Shown: positions 1 to 12,769 of the stretch, one piece after another
Position numbering within the stretch: the first letter of the stretch is position 1
How the letters are laid out: the number at the start of each line of letters is the position of its first letter
Assembly: GCF_018350175.1 (NCBI RefSeq)
Contig: NC_058368.1
Location: 201,068,001-201,132,000, forward strand
DNA from: Felis catus
Lineage: Eukaryota
Direction of reading: 5' to 3'
DNA length: 64,000 bases
Made by a program: the position numbers and the translations under genes
Notes under the pieces: generated by a model
Databases searched by the model: none
The model's input: only the letters and a program-made list of their open reading frames with translations
Told to the model about the DNA's origin: nothing

Positions 1-245
1 TAATTCTGCTAAAACCCAAAAGTACCTGGCTCTGCAGAAGGAAAAATATACCCTCAGATGAACCGACTATGTTGTTTAAGCCTAGGCAATGATTTCTCTA
101 GCATCAAGAAAGAGACAGAAACAAACTACTCTTAAAAATGATTGTTTAATAATGGAATAGGAGGGAAAATTAGGAAAGCATTTCTCACACAACAAGTATT
201 TTTACTGCATTTATAGTTTTGTTCCTTTGTTGTTGTTGTTGTTGT

Positions 246-370
246 TTTTAAAGTAGGTTCCAGGCCCAGCATGGAGCCCAATGTGGGGCTTAAATTCACT
301 ACCCTGAGATTAAGACCTGAGCTGAGATCAAGAGTTAGATGCTTAACCAACTAAGCCACCCAGGCGCCCC
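246..370 (-). mobile_element. Can-SINE, short older type, with (TTG)n-degenerate tail upstream
   Basis: Ends in gcttaaccaactaagccacccaggcgcccc, the reverse complement of the Can-SINE head GGGGCGCCTGGGTGGCTYAG; lacks the CT-rich body. Confidence 0.85.
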
Positions 371-2905
371 TAATGAAAAACTGTAAATTAGTTTCTGCAC
401 CTCTCCAAAGAAACAGAATTTTTATCAATTTGATAATACCATGAATTAATATTTGCTAATAATTATGTTGGTTTAATATTGAGCAGCCAAAACATTAAGG
501 TAGTTTATTCATACCTAGTGCCTCAGATTATCATGCCCAGCACTAGCACAAGCTTACGACATGCTTAATGCTACCAAGATGGTAACTAGTGAAGCAAAAA
601 GATACTCTTAGAGATCGAACTTAGACAATTTTAATGTCTTCTGTTCTTCTAAGCCACTCCTAAGTAATAAATTTGGCTAATAGCTAAGGCAAGACAAGTA
701 CTATTGCTGAGTACAGGTCATGTTAAACTTTACACAGTGGTTTCAAGATACTTGCAGAAAGTGAACTAATGTGTGAAAGATAAAAATATATCTGGATTTT
801 ATAAAGTATATGCATATGGATGTATATATAGACCATTCTGATAGCAAGGGAGCCAACCTATGATTTTCTTTTAAGATTACAATTGATTCAAGTCAATTTT
901 TCTATGGTTCAACAATTATTATTATTTTTTTTTTATCAATACTCTATACTTCTGGCCCTGACTGGAAACGCCGAATAAAAAGTCACAAAAGAAATTCCCA
1001 TCCCCCAAAAAGCTGTTGCCTAATGAAGTACTCCTGGGAATCATATGGCTTTTACTGCACAAAGTTCAGGGTTTTTTTAAGCTCATCAGTCAAAGGATTA
1101 AAATGAAGTTCCCTGATACCGGAAACAAAACTAGCTGGCCTTGTGTCTGAGCTCTCACTAACACTTGCTTGCATGCTGTCCAACCTACTCAATTACCTGC
1201 AAATAAATTGTATAATTTTGCCCAAATGTTAAAATAACGATATCCCCCATCATATAATTATGAATTATACTGCAAATAAATGCTAAATGACATTCTTGCT
1301 CATTTTGTATTTATGACAAGAGGTGAAAATTTTAGTCGTACTACCTCAAATATTTGAGGTTTTGAAATTGAACTGCAATAATTCTTTACAAATTCTTTCC
1401 TTTTCATTAGAGCACTTTCTTTAGGTTCATTAAATCCAGATAAACTAGTTCTGAATTTATCGTGTTTTTTGTAATGCTTAAATTTTGCTCTCACTGGCAA
1501 AATTACTTTTTTGTTGTTTATGCATTTAAATATCAGGGTAATTTTTTCTGACTACAAATAACCAGGGAGATAATGCATTTTCTTCTGGTGCTTCTCAACT
1601 CAGTAAGTACATGTACCTATTATTCTAACTATATAGCAGCTTTTATGTTTATATTTTGCATCACAGATGACAAATATAACAACACATGGTAACATGAAAC
1701 TCGAAGTCATAAGCTAAACTTTTCCTTTGTGACTGCAGAAAAGAACCAATGCACAAATGGCCACTTTATATGAGGAGAGTTCCCACGGTGAGAGAAGAAG
1801 TGTTCCCTGGACCATGCAGATGGCGGGGTTACCATTTGGTAAGGCTCTCCTCATTATAATATGAGAGCTCCATATAACAGGATGTTTGTTTTCTTTGACA
1901 AAATCAAGGTACTTGAGGAATACAACCAAACAGTATACCAATATTTGATCAAAACACCAAATCGTTTTTTAATTCTGAAACTCCACGATTCTTATCCTCT
2001 AAATTTGAACTGAAATGGAGATATTTTTTGGATATGGAAGTATTGAAGGAATTAGGATATATTCTACATTAATGATTGAATTAACACCATGCAATTCATG
2101 GCATAGTGAATTTTGAGAGGTAGTGAATTTTTAGTTGCAGTCCTGTGTATCCTAGAGTCATTTATTTTATCAATCAGTTCAAAATCTAAAGGATGCTTTT
2201 CAAATTGAAATATTATCGGGAATTTTTACCATTAATTCAAATCGACTTCAAGAGGATTGATATTTCGATATGAAGGATTATTTATTGTCTATAAAATACT
2301 TGAAACAAAATATTCAGGAATATCAATAGCATGTAGAAAGGTATTCAGAAGACTAATTACTGTTCACTATCCATACATATATATGCATCTTAAGGAAGTC
2401 TTCTTAAATGTAACCTCTAAAATGTTAATGAGAAAAAAGAATCTTATCCCATCTAGAAACCAAGGTTTTTTTTTTAATTTACAACATAGCTATACTGAAA
2501 GAAAATGAAGCCTTTTAATAGACTAAAGCTGGTTTTAAACTCATGTCTTCATACACTGGTGTATTCTTCCTAGTACATTGGTTGTCATGTAGATGGAACT
2601 TCACCTTTCCCAATCCAATCCCATACTTGTCTTCCTTTTGTGTGTGTGTGAGTGTGTGTGTGTTTCTTTTGATGTCTCCGATATGCAAGTAATCTGACTC
2701 TGTGTATGCACCTTTAGAATATTTTATGTTCCCAACGGTTCTTGTCAGACTAAATCACCATAGACTCCATAAAATCTATGGACTTTCTGTATACAAGTCA
2801 CAGTGGTTTCATAAAATCTCAAATTATATATAAGCACACCAATTATATTTCACAAGTACATACACACATAAAATCACGACAAAAAATATATGTTCAAAAA
2901 CTACT

Positions 2906-3158
2906 TGTAGCATAGGGAAAGAACATGATGTTGGAATTCAGACAAAATTCAGTTCAAATCCCAGATTTATCAGTTGCTATGTCTTTGATTTTGAATTTTA
3001 CTTTATCTACCTTGATCTTAATCTCATCCTCTCTAAAATGGGGACAATAGTACTTATATATTGACTTTAATAAAAGAATTAAATAATAATATAAATATAA
3101 GCTTAAACTCTGTGCCTTCACATAGTAGGGGCGCCATAAAAGATAACTGCTATTATTA
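2906..3158 (+). mobile_element. MIR SINE, near full length
   Basis: ttcagacaaaattcagttcaaatccca (B box-like), core tcatcctctctaaaatggggacaatagtac, 3' end tgtgccttcacatagtagg...tattatta. Confidence 0.75.
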
Positions 3159-5789
3159 CACGTGCATGCAATTGGTTCCAAGCAACATATAAGAAATATA
3201 ATCAAAGATTATCACATCTTCAGCAGTTATCATAGGACAAATTCATTGGACAAATGCATTTGATATTGACACACAAGACATATTTGCAAGTTATTAATTT
3301 TACTATTTTATACCCGCACCCTTAATAAAATGTCTCAGACTTCAATTCTCTTATTAGACTGTGTCTATCAGATTTTTTAAAAATATCAGTCAGTTTATCA
3401 AATTGCAAATAATAGAAAAAGAGAGTAAAGAAAATCAGTCAATACCTTGAAGGGAAAAACCTCAATTGTTGGTATAGTTCTATTATATAAAAAGTACTAT
3501 TGCCTTGCCACTGAATTTTATGTTTTCTAACTCACTGTTTTGTAAAATCTACCTTTGCATATGAAGATGGAGTCCTCAAGGCCATTAAATGTAATGCCAG
3601 CAACTCATGGGCAAATGTATGCTTAGTAGGCCACAACTTTATCCCAGTACTCGATTTTCCAGTAGCAGAATTGTCCGCATAATCCATATTATGCCACACA
3701 TAATCTATACTCTACTTCCTTTGGTGATGGTTGTAAAGCTAAAAACGGTAAAAATGGTAAACTAGGATAAAATGGCAGTAACGGTGTTACGTAAAATAAT
3801 TTGACCACATTTGCATTGTGCAGTGTCATTACATTTGTGTTCTAAATTTAAGTTAGAAAATACTAATTGCAGAATAAGGCACAGCCCGCATAAATGTTCA
3901 CAAGTATTTCTTGTCATTTGTAGTTTCCTAGAATGTCACTTTAGAACAGGTTAAATACAGTATCTAATTACTAACTACTAAGCTTTATGTTTATAAAACA
4001 TGATACTTATTTTTTCCACTTGAACTGACAAAGTGGTTATCTACATATAAAATCATGATGCTTGAGTTAGAGCAGATTCACTAGTTCTGTAGAAAAATTT
4101 AAAAAGATCAAATAAATATATGAAAAAATTGGGAGTCCTCCAAATAATCCTGCAATTATATGAAATCCCATCTCTTGTTCTCCTGAATGTGGATATAAAC
4201 ATATACTTTCTCTAGGAAAATCAAGTTTCCCTCTGAAGAGAGAAAGACACTTTGTGTTATTCAAGGTATTGGTAATCTCTCAATAAAATACTGACATGGG
4301 CTGAACACTTTCTTCCATTCTTTGGTCACACAACTTGTGAGATTTCTGCAAAGATGAGTGTTTCACATCTGCTCTCTTATGTAGTGATTGGGAAAAGATA
4401 GAGGAAGGAATAATGACCAATAAATAGCATTGCAGAAAGTGAAATTCACTTTATAAGATGTCAGTAGATGTTGAGAATTATTTAATAGTTTTCCATTTTG
4501 AATGTACCACAAGAGACACTTTTTTCTACTTCATTGTAACCCTGGCCTCAATCAGACGTATTTTGGCTGGCAAGTCCATTCTGTGATGAAAAACCTCAGC
4601 ATGTCACTGTTACTTCATTTACTAGTGAACAAACTCCTCTGGGAGGTGGGAATTTCACGAATTCTTTTTCACCCTCTTTTTCACCCTCTTTTCTATATCA
4701 TGCACAATGTTTTCTTTCTTAAGAACAACTGACTGCCTTGTAATAATCTATTTTGACAGTAGTTACATAAAAATATTGTGTTAAATATTTTCAGTCATGA
4801 GAGAGTCTGGACATACGGGTAGAGTTGTGTGGGTCTTGTCTAATTATATGCATTATACGATTTACCATTGTTGGGGACCATCTTCCATTCATTTAATAAT
4901 GCTTTTGCAAATTGGCAGATAGCATTTGGGCTAAAATACACACAGGATATTTGCAATGAAAAAGGAAAAAAAAAAAAAAACTCCTCTGCCTTTTCTCTCG
5001 TGTAGAGCAATTTGTCAAGTAATTAGCCAACCTAATTAAATTTTTGTAGCACTAATCAAACGAATATGCTAAAATTTTCTTTGCACAGCCAGTTTGCTGT
5101 CTGCTTGCATTTAACTTGATGGTTTGAAAGGGGCCCTCCTCAGTCTGCCACTCCACTTAATAACCTAATTTGCATTTTATATTGGTAAATCAAATTAAGC
5201 ACCAGTGGCTTTTAGTATGATTGACTGTGGTCAGGCCTGTTCAGATGGGACTTTTTCACAGAAAATTAGGCACATTTTAATATGACTGTGGCTGTGCTTT
5301 CTGTGTTCAGCAAACTGCATTCACTCAGCTAATTAAAAGTGCTTCCCCCCGCCCCCCGCATATGATAGATTTATCCAGCTGGTGTGTCCATTGTCTTTTG
5401 TACAATTTCTTGATGGAAGTTTTTATTCCTAAATATAATAAGATTGTCTAAGCAACACTTCAGATCAATTTGCATGAAACATATAAACAATACTTTGTTA
5501 GAAAACAATTACTTGGAGAGGCGGGTGTATCTGTGTGTAAATACAGGTCCCTGTGAGGGCTGGCAGGTTTTAGTTTATGTATTGAGCAGTCTCAAACTTA
5601 GATAAGTTTCCGTGATTGGTAGTTTAATAGTAACCAATGTTGATGTATCATGCCTTATGCCATATTAAGGAAGACTTTTTACTTTGTTTTTGTTGCTGTT
5701 GTTTTAAGAAAACTATTCACATTTTCTTGAGGAAAAAAAGGTATAAATACAAGCTTTAAAACCTCCCTCTAACTCAATAAAAGCAAGAT

Positions 5790-5965
5790 TCATTCTTTAG
5801 CCACAGTTAACAATATATTTTATCCTTAAATGGGTATTATTTCCAGTCTACAAATGGGAAAAATGAGACACAGAGATTAAATGACTTGTCCATTAATACA
5901 AGCAGATCTGAGATTTGATTCTAGTTTTCTTGACTTTCAATCTTTGCTCTTTACAATATCCCACA
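5790..5965 (-). mobile_element. MIR fragment
   Basis: tacaaatgggaaaaatgagacacagagattaaatgacttgtcc...gatttgattctag matches the antisense MIR core. Confidence 0.65.
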
Positions 5966-7611
5966 GTCCTTTTGCATGTATTTTAATACCAATCACTTTG
6001 TTTCCTAAATGATATTTACAATACCCCATTAGAAAAACGACAAATTCCTTTGGAATTTTAGGCTCTTATAATACCTAGTAAAATATTTCTTTGCATCCAT
6101 TTCTCACTATACAGTTTTTATTTGCATTAGTAGGACTGTCAAGAAGCTAGTTTTAAGATCTCTTTAGTAAACTACACTCAATCATGCTTTTAACAACAGC
6201 AACAACAGAACTTTTTTACACACTAAGTATGTATTTCCCATAAATTGAGAAAACGAAGGTTCTAAACACCAGATTAACCCAAAACTTCAGCAAGTGAGTA
6301 AAAATCTTCCTCCACACACTCTTGGGACAATACTCTTTATTGGAACTTTTGGAACTTTTTTCTGGTCAAGTATGCAGCCATCATAAGCTCTGGAAAGGGA
6401 TGGAAGAATGATGTATACACTAGGTATTAAGATTAGAGAACAAAATAGTGCCTGGAAGCTTAAAGAAAAATGTGCTACATTGCCTTACCTAACCTTGGAC
6501 TCTGACTTTTCCTTACAAGTTTGAGATAAGTACACTGACTAATACCATGGCTCCAACTCTCTTAAAACTGATCATTAAGATAATTCTTTAATTAAAAAGA
6601 CAATTAAGATTATGAAAGAGATGAAGTCAAACATGGCAATCACTAGAAACACACTGGGTTTTCTATTTTAATTAAGGTAATGGTGCACATGTTCTGAAAC
6701 CTCAGTACAGTCCATTTTTTAAAAAGGCATAATTCTGAAAGACAATGCAAGAAATTATCTGATGGCGGTGCTTGGCCTAAAGGAAAGCCAAATGCAAACT
6801 CTACAGTTGCTCCGATCTCCAGAGCTGTCACTCTGAAAAGTTGTATCTAAAGGTTCTATGCCCTCTGCCTCCCTGCTGAAGCCACTGTTACTGGTTTTCT
6901 CCAGGTATACACTTGAGGACTTACTCTGTTTTCCTCTCCATGAACTACAGAGATCTAGCTGGTTTTTTTCCTTCAGATGGTCGGTGTATTTATTCCTTTT
7001 AGCATCTTCATATTTTTATGGGTTGCAAGTCCAACATCTGCTTAAAATGTACAGATCAAAATCACATAAAACACTCAATATTTCTAAGCATAAAAGGATC
7101 GATGATGTCTTAATATTTTATGTCAGAAACACATTAAGAGGTTATATCATTATTATGTTATAGCAATCAAATGTGTTTTCTATCCCCTAAGAACTTATGG
7201 ATGTGCCCAAACATACTGAAGATTAACCGGCTTTAGAGTAAGCAACCATCCATGCTTAAGGATTATTATGCATATTATTCTTTCTCTAGATTGTTGACAT
7301 AAAGTTGCATTTTTCATGTAAAAAAATCACTTATCAGCCATATAAGTTTATTAATTCCTTTCATTTCTTCCTCAAAGATTCCCACATATGTATAATTATA
7401 GTTTTTATATCTCAGAGTTATTTGAGTTTAAATGAGATGAGATAATATACATTAAGGTAGATATCTACAATAAACAAATGGTAGCAATTTTTATGCCTTT
7501 CATTTCAGCTGTGGGCAATGGGAAGATTAGTTGGAGAAGTATCCAACAGTCAAAGGAGAGTGACAGTTCAACAAGATAATACCCTGATAAGAGAACGTCA
7601 TCTAAAAGATT

Positions 7612-7900
7612 AGATAGCATATGTTTTCACTAGTATGTGGATCCTGAGAAACTTAACAGAACACCATGGGGGAGGTGAAGGGGGAAAAAAAAAAAAGTTA
7701 GAGAGGGTGGGAGCCAAACCATAAGAGACTCTTAAAAACTAAGAATAAACTGAGTGAGGGTTGATGGGGGTGGGAAGGAGGGGAAAGTGGGTGATGGGCG
7801 TTGAGGAGGGCACCTGTTGGGATGAGCACTGGGTACTGTATGGAAACCAATTTGACAATAAATTTCATATTTAAATCAATCAATCAATCAATCAATCAAT
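7612..7900 (+). mobile_element. 5'-truncated carnivore/felid L1 3' end with (AATC)n tail
   Basis: catatgttttcact...gagaaacttaacaga...aaaccataagagactcttaa...ggcacctgttgggatgagcactggg...gacaataaatttcatatt, typical of the cat L1 3'UTR; tail converted to aatc repeats. Confidence 0.85.
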
Positions 7901-8918
7901 AAGAAAAACAAAGTCCATCATATATTTCCCAGAGAAAACTTGCCCATTAATTTGTATTTTACAAATTCCCACAGTCATTTGTTATTCCTTTGTGTTCCAA
8001 ACTATTAAAACTACTTAGTATTCACCTACCACAGATCTGGCACTGTATTCAATGCTTTGGCATGAGTTACTTTGAATTTACTTTCTGGAGTTGTCAATAT
8101 GTTTCACAGTACCGAAAGGCATGCAATCCTGGGAAATTTTAGTTTCCCTGTCCTATTACAATGCACCAAACTTCACTTGAAAGAGCATATGAAATTCTCA
8201 AGATTTTTCCTAATTTTTTGTTTTGAAATAATACATTCACAGGAAGTAGCAAAGGATAGGATAAGAGATCCTGTGCATACTTCACAGTTTTCCCTGGCTT
8301 AACCTTGATGTTTAAATCTTTTATGACTATTGTATAGCATCAAACCAGGAAATTGATGTCAGAACGTTTAGTATGTATAGTTCTATGCCATTTCAGTACA
8401 TGCATACATTCCTGTAACTACCACCATGATCAAGATACAGGACATTGTCATCACCATGAAGATCTCCCTCAGGCTACCCCTTTACAGTCACATAGCCAGG
8501 GTACTGCTGGCTTCATAAAATGAATTTGGAAGTGTTCTCTCCACTTTTATGTTCTGGAAGAAAAAACGTGTAGAATTGATGTTAATTCTTTAAGTGTTTG
8601 GTAGATTTCTCCAGTGAAACCATCTAGGTAGGCCTGGGGATTTCTTTTTCATGAATTCTTAAATGATTAATTTCATTACATTAACAGTTACAGGGTTATT
8701 CAAATATGAATTATCCAATTCATATTGTGTCAGTGGTGATAGTTTGTGCCTTTTGAGGAATTGGCCCATTTCATCTAACCTGTAGAATTTGTGTTTGGGG
8801 GTATTCATAGTACCTTCTTACTATCCTTTTCATATCAGAACAGTCTGTAGTGATAGCCTTTGCTTCCTAATATTGGTGATTGGTGTTTTTTCTGTTTCCC
8901 TTTATCAGTAGTGCTAGA

Positions 8919-9326
8919 TGTGTCCGTCAGAATTCTCCCAGGAAACAGAACCAACAGGATGTGTAAATACAGAGAGAGGTCTTTTTGTTTGTTTAAGGAA
9001 TTGAGTCACACAACTGTCAGAACTGCTAAGACCAACATCTCTAGGGAAGGCTACCTGGAGGCATGTGATGTTGCAGTGTTGAGTCTGAAGGCAATCTGGA
9101 GGCAGAATTCCTACTTGCTTGAGAATCTCAATCTTTTTTCTTAAGACCTTCAATTGATTGAACAAGGCCCACCCACATTATGAAGAGTAACTGCTTTGTT
9201 CAAAGTCTACTGATTTGAATTTTAATCCTATCTGAAAAATACCTTCAGAGCATCATCTAGAGTAGTTTTTTACTAAAAACAGATACTAGGGCTTAGCCAA
9301 GTTGGCATATAAAATTATCGGTCACA
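8919..9326 (-). mobile_element. MLT2 (ERVL) solo LTR inserted in the L1
   Basis: tgtgtccgtcagaattctcccaggaaacagaaccaacagg ... gttggcatataaaattatcggtcaca; TG..CA ends; 5-bp TSD ctaga/ctaaa. Confidence 0.85.
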
Positions 9327-9348
9327 CTAAATGTCAGTTTCATTGATC

Positions 9349-9559
9349 TTTTTTTAATGTTTATTTATTTTTGAGAAAGAGAGAGGGGCAGAATGTGAGC
9401 AGAGGAGGGGCAGAGAGAGAGGGAGACACAGAATCCAAAGCAAGCTCCAGGCTCTGGGCTGTCAGCACAGAGCCCGGTGTGGGGCTCCAACTTACAAACC
9501 ATGAGATCATGACCTGAGCCTAAGTCAGATGCTTAACCAACTGAGTCACCCAAGTGCCT
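9349..9559 (-). mobile_element. Can-SINE (feliform type)
   Basis: Poly-T, aatgtttatttatttttgaga, GA-rich body, antisense head; TSD tcattgatcttttt/tcattggtcttttt. Confidence 0.93.
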
Positions 9560-10729
9560 CATCATTGGTCTTTTTAAAGAATCAATTTTGTTGCATCAGT
9601 TTGATTTTCATTTGTTTGACTTTCATTTCAATTTCATTGATTTATGCTTGTATATTTACTATTTAATTCCTTCTTGCTTTGGGCATATTTTGTGCTTATT
9701 TTTCTACTCCCTGAGATGGGAGTGTACATTTTTGATTTGTGACTTTTCTCTTTTCTAATTTAAGCATAAGTTTCCCGTATAACTGCTTTAAGTGTGTCCA
9801 GAAAATTTTGATATATATCGCATTTTAATTGTCATGAAGTTCAAGGTATTTTTTATTTCCCTTTAGATTTCCTCTTTGACCCACAGATTATTTAGAAGTA
9901 TATTATTTACTTTTCAATATTTGGAGTTTTTTGGTCTCTCTTTTTATTTCTATTTTTATTCCACTGAGATTAGAGAACAAGCTTTGTGTAATCTCAATCC
10001 TTTTAAATTTGTTGAGGTTTGTTTCATGAATCAGCATATGTTCCATGGGTCCTACAAGAGTGTGCATTCTGTTGTTGGTGGGTCGAGTGTCCTGTAAATG
10101 TTGGTTAGGTTCTGTCGATTGATGATGTTCCTGAGCTCCACTATATCTTGCAGATTTTCTCTCTGGTTGTGCTATCAGTTCTTGAAAGAGGAATGTTAAG
10201 GTCTCCAACAATAATTCCCCTTTCAGTCCTATCGGTTTTTGCTTCATGTATTTTGCAGCTCTGTCGCTTGGTTCATACACATTTGGAAGGCTGTGTTTTC
10301 TTGGTGGATTTACCCTTTAACATTATGTAATGTTTGTCTCTGGCTCTGGTAATTTTCTTTGCTTTGAAGTTTACTTTACCTGATATTAGTATAGCTGCTC
10401 CTGCTTCCTTTGATTAATGTTTACATTGTATTACCTTTTTTCCATGCTTTTACTTTCAGTCTACCTGTGCCATTATTCTTGAAGTGAGTTTCTTGTAGAT
10501 AGCATGGAGTTAGGTGATCTTTTCTTAGCTACTCCACCAGTCTGTCTTTAAATTTACATTTAATGCCACTATTAATATGTTAGGGCTTAAGTCTGCTATT
10601 TTATTTTTTGTTTCCTATTTTCCCCTCTTTTAAAAATTTCTGTTTTTTTTTTCTATGAGATACTTGAAAAACTGATTCGAATTTCATGACTTATGTATCA
10701 TGGTTTTTGTCTTTGTATAGCTTTGTTAA

Positions 10730-10730
<1 letters not shown>

Positions 10731-10772
<42 letters not shown>
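10731..10772. repeat. (CA)21 microsatellite
   Basis: Perfect CA run. Confidence 0.97.
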
Positions 10773-10775
<3 letters not shown>

Positions 10776-11974
10776 AGTATGAGTACGCCCTACATACATT
10801 GGGAACCATGTCTGAAAGTGTTATAATTTTACTTCAGCTATCTAATATAATTTCAGAAATTCAAGAAGAAAAGGAAAGTCAACTGTATTTATGCATATTT
10901 TTACTTTTTTCTTTATTTTTTCTTCCTTCTTAAAGTTACAAAATTCCTTCTTAGATCATTTCCTTTCTACTAAGTGAAACTCCTTTATCTATTTCTTAGG
11001 CTAAATTTAACTTTCTGGCTACAAATACTTTCAGTTTTATTTCATCTGAAATTATTTGATTTCCCCTAATTCTTGGAGGATATTTTCCTTGTATATGGAA
11101 GTCAGCATTGACAGTTCTTTTAGCACTTCAAAAATATTATACCACCTCCTTAAGGCCTCAAGGTTTCAGATGAGAAATCTTCTGTCATTCAAATTATTTT
11201 CCCCTGTAGGCAAGAGGTTGTTTTTCTCTCACGACTTTCAAAATATTTTCTTTTTTAATTCATTTCCGAAATTTAATTATAATCCATCTTCGAATGGATT
11301 ATTTTTTATCCTGTTTGATGTTTGCTAAGTTTCTGGGATCTATAAATTTTTGTCATTTGACATATTTGGGAAATCTTTACATAAAACTTTTCTGCAAACT
11401 TTTTAGCCTCACCTTCTTTCTCCTCTCTCTCAAGGACTCCAAAGACAAGAACCTTAGATCTGATCAATAATTTCACAGACTGCTAAGATTCTTTCCCCCC
11501 ACCCCGCCCAGTATGTTTTCTCTCTGTTTAGATTGAGTAATTCTATTGGTCTATCTTTAGGTTTATTTGTCCTTTCTTCTGCTCTTTCTATTCTGTAAAT
11601 TGGCCCATACATTGAGCTTTTTATTTTGGTGATTGTATTCTTCAGTTCTAAATTTTCCATTTAGTTTTTTTTATACTTCCTATTGCTTTGTTGAAACTTT
11701 CTATTTTTTTTTTCATTTATTTCAAGTATATTCCTAAATGGTTGATGAAGCATTTTTATTATGGTCACTTTTAAATCCTTGTCAGATCCCAGTAGTGGAA
11801 ACATTTTGCTTGGATTTAATCCATGATTGATAGTGTACTCCATATGTATTATTGAAATAAAATATCTTTTGCTTTTTTCAATACTGGAAACCCTTATGTG
11901 AATATTCCAAAGTTGTAAGTTATAAGAGTTTACATTAAAAGTTTATAACCTAACTAAAAAATACGTAGATTTTA

Positions 11975-12200
11975 GGGGCACCTGGGTGGCTCAGTCGGTT
12001 AAGCATCCAACTTCTGTTTAGGTCACGATCTCACAGTTCATGAGTTCAAGACTTGCATTGGAGTCTGTACTGACAGCTCAGAGCCTGGAGCCTGTTTCAG
12101 ATTTTGTGTCTCCCCCTCTCTCTCACTCTGTCTCTTCCCCTCCCCTGCTCATGTTCTGTGTCTCTTTCTCTCAAAAATAAATAAACATTTAAAAAATGTT
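11975..12200 (+). mobile_element. Can-SINE (feliform type)
   Basis: ggggcacctgggtggctcagtcggttaagcatcc head, CT-rich body, aataaataaacatt tail; TSD gtagatttta/gtagacttta. Confidence 0.95.
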
Positions 12201-12524
12201 TAAAAAAAAGGTAGACTTTAGAGTAGTACAATAAAACAAGAGACACTGAATCAATAAGAGGCAGATGATAACAAAAAAACAGACAAAGGTAAGATGGATA
12301 AGGCAGAAGTCAATCAAAGAAATCACAGGGCTAAGAAATGTAAATATCATTATGTGAACTGGTAGAGTGAAAGTATCATAGAGGAACAGGTGTCTCTGAT
12401 TTCCCAAGGCATGAAATATGAAGGTTTTGTTTATGTTGTTTTGTTTGCACAACAGAAACACAATCATTCTTGGTCTACATGAGATTCTTCTCCTGTTTTA
12501 TTATTTTTTCTTCTTCATTCACTC

Positions 12525-12747
12525 TTTTTTTTTAAGTTTATTCATTTGCTGAGAGAGAGAGAGAGAGAGAGAGGAAAGAGAGAGAGCAGGGGAGGAGCAG
12601 AGAGATGGAGAGAGAGAAAATCCCAAGCAGGCTCCACATTGTCAACATAGAGCCTGATGAGGGACTCGAACTCACAAACCATGGGATCATGACCTGAGTG
12701 GAAATCTAGAGTCAGACTCTTGACCAACTGAGCCAGCCAGACACCCC
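12525..12747 (-). mobile_element. Can-SINE
   Basis: Poly-T, (GA)n, aatcccaagcaggctcc, antisense head gaccaactgagccagccagacacccc. Confidence 0.93.
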
Positions 12748-12769
12748 AACAAAGCTCATTTCTATTCTA

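Larger units (their letters stand above)
8212..11830 (-). mobile_element. Decayed ancient L1 (ORF1 remnant, ORF2 endonuclease to RT start, 3'UTR piece), interrupted by MLT2, a SINE and (CA)n
   Basis: Minus translations: ENLELKNTITKIKSS..RIERAEER (ORF1 coiled coil, 11454-11660); KYMKQK..LNKFKRIEITQSLFSNLSGIKIEI (ORF2 EN, 9903-10280); TLPNSFYEASSTL (~8497-8537); 3'UTR-like at 8212-8493. Many stops and frameshifts. Confidence 0.85.

Noticed and set aside
2758..2781. Small hairpin ccataga...tctatgg, plus several 9-16 bp tandem duplications (4664, 6341, 38115, 43965, 63290)
   Set aside because: Short enough to be chance or ordinary slippage in AT-rich DNA
9903..11660. ORFs with endonuclease-like and coiled-coil peptides
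   Set aside because: Fragments of a decayed L1 with stops and frameshifts; not a host gene or an active element
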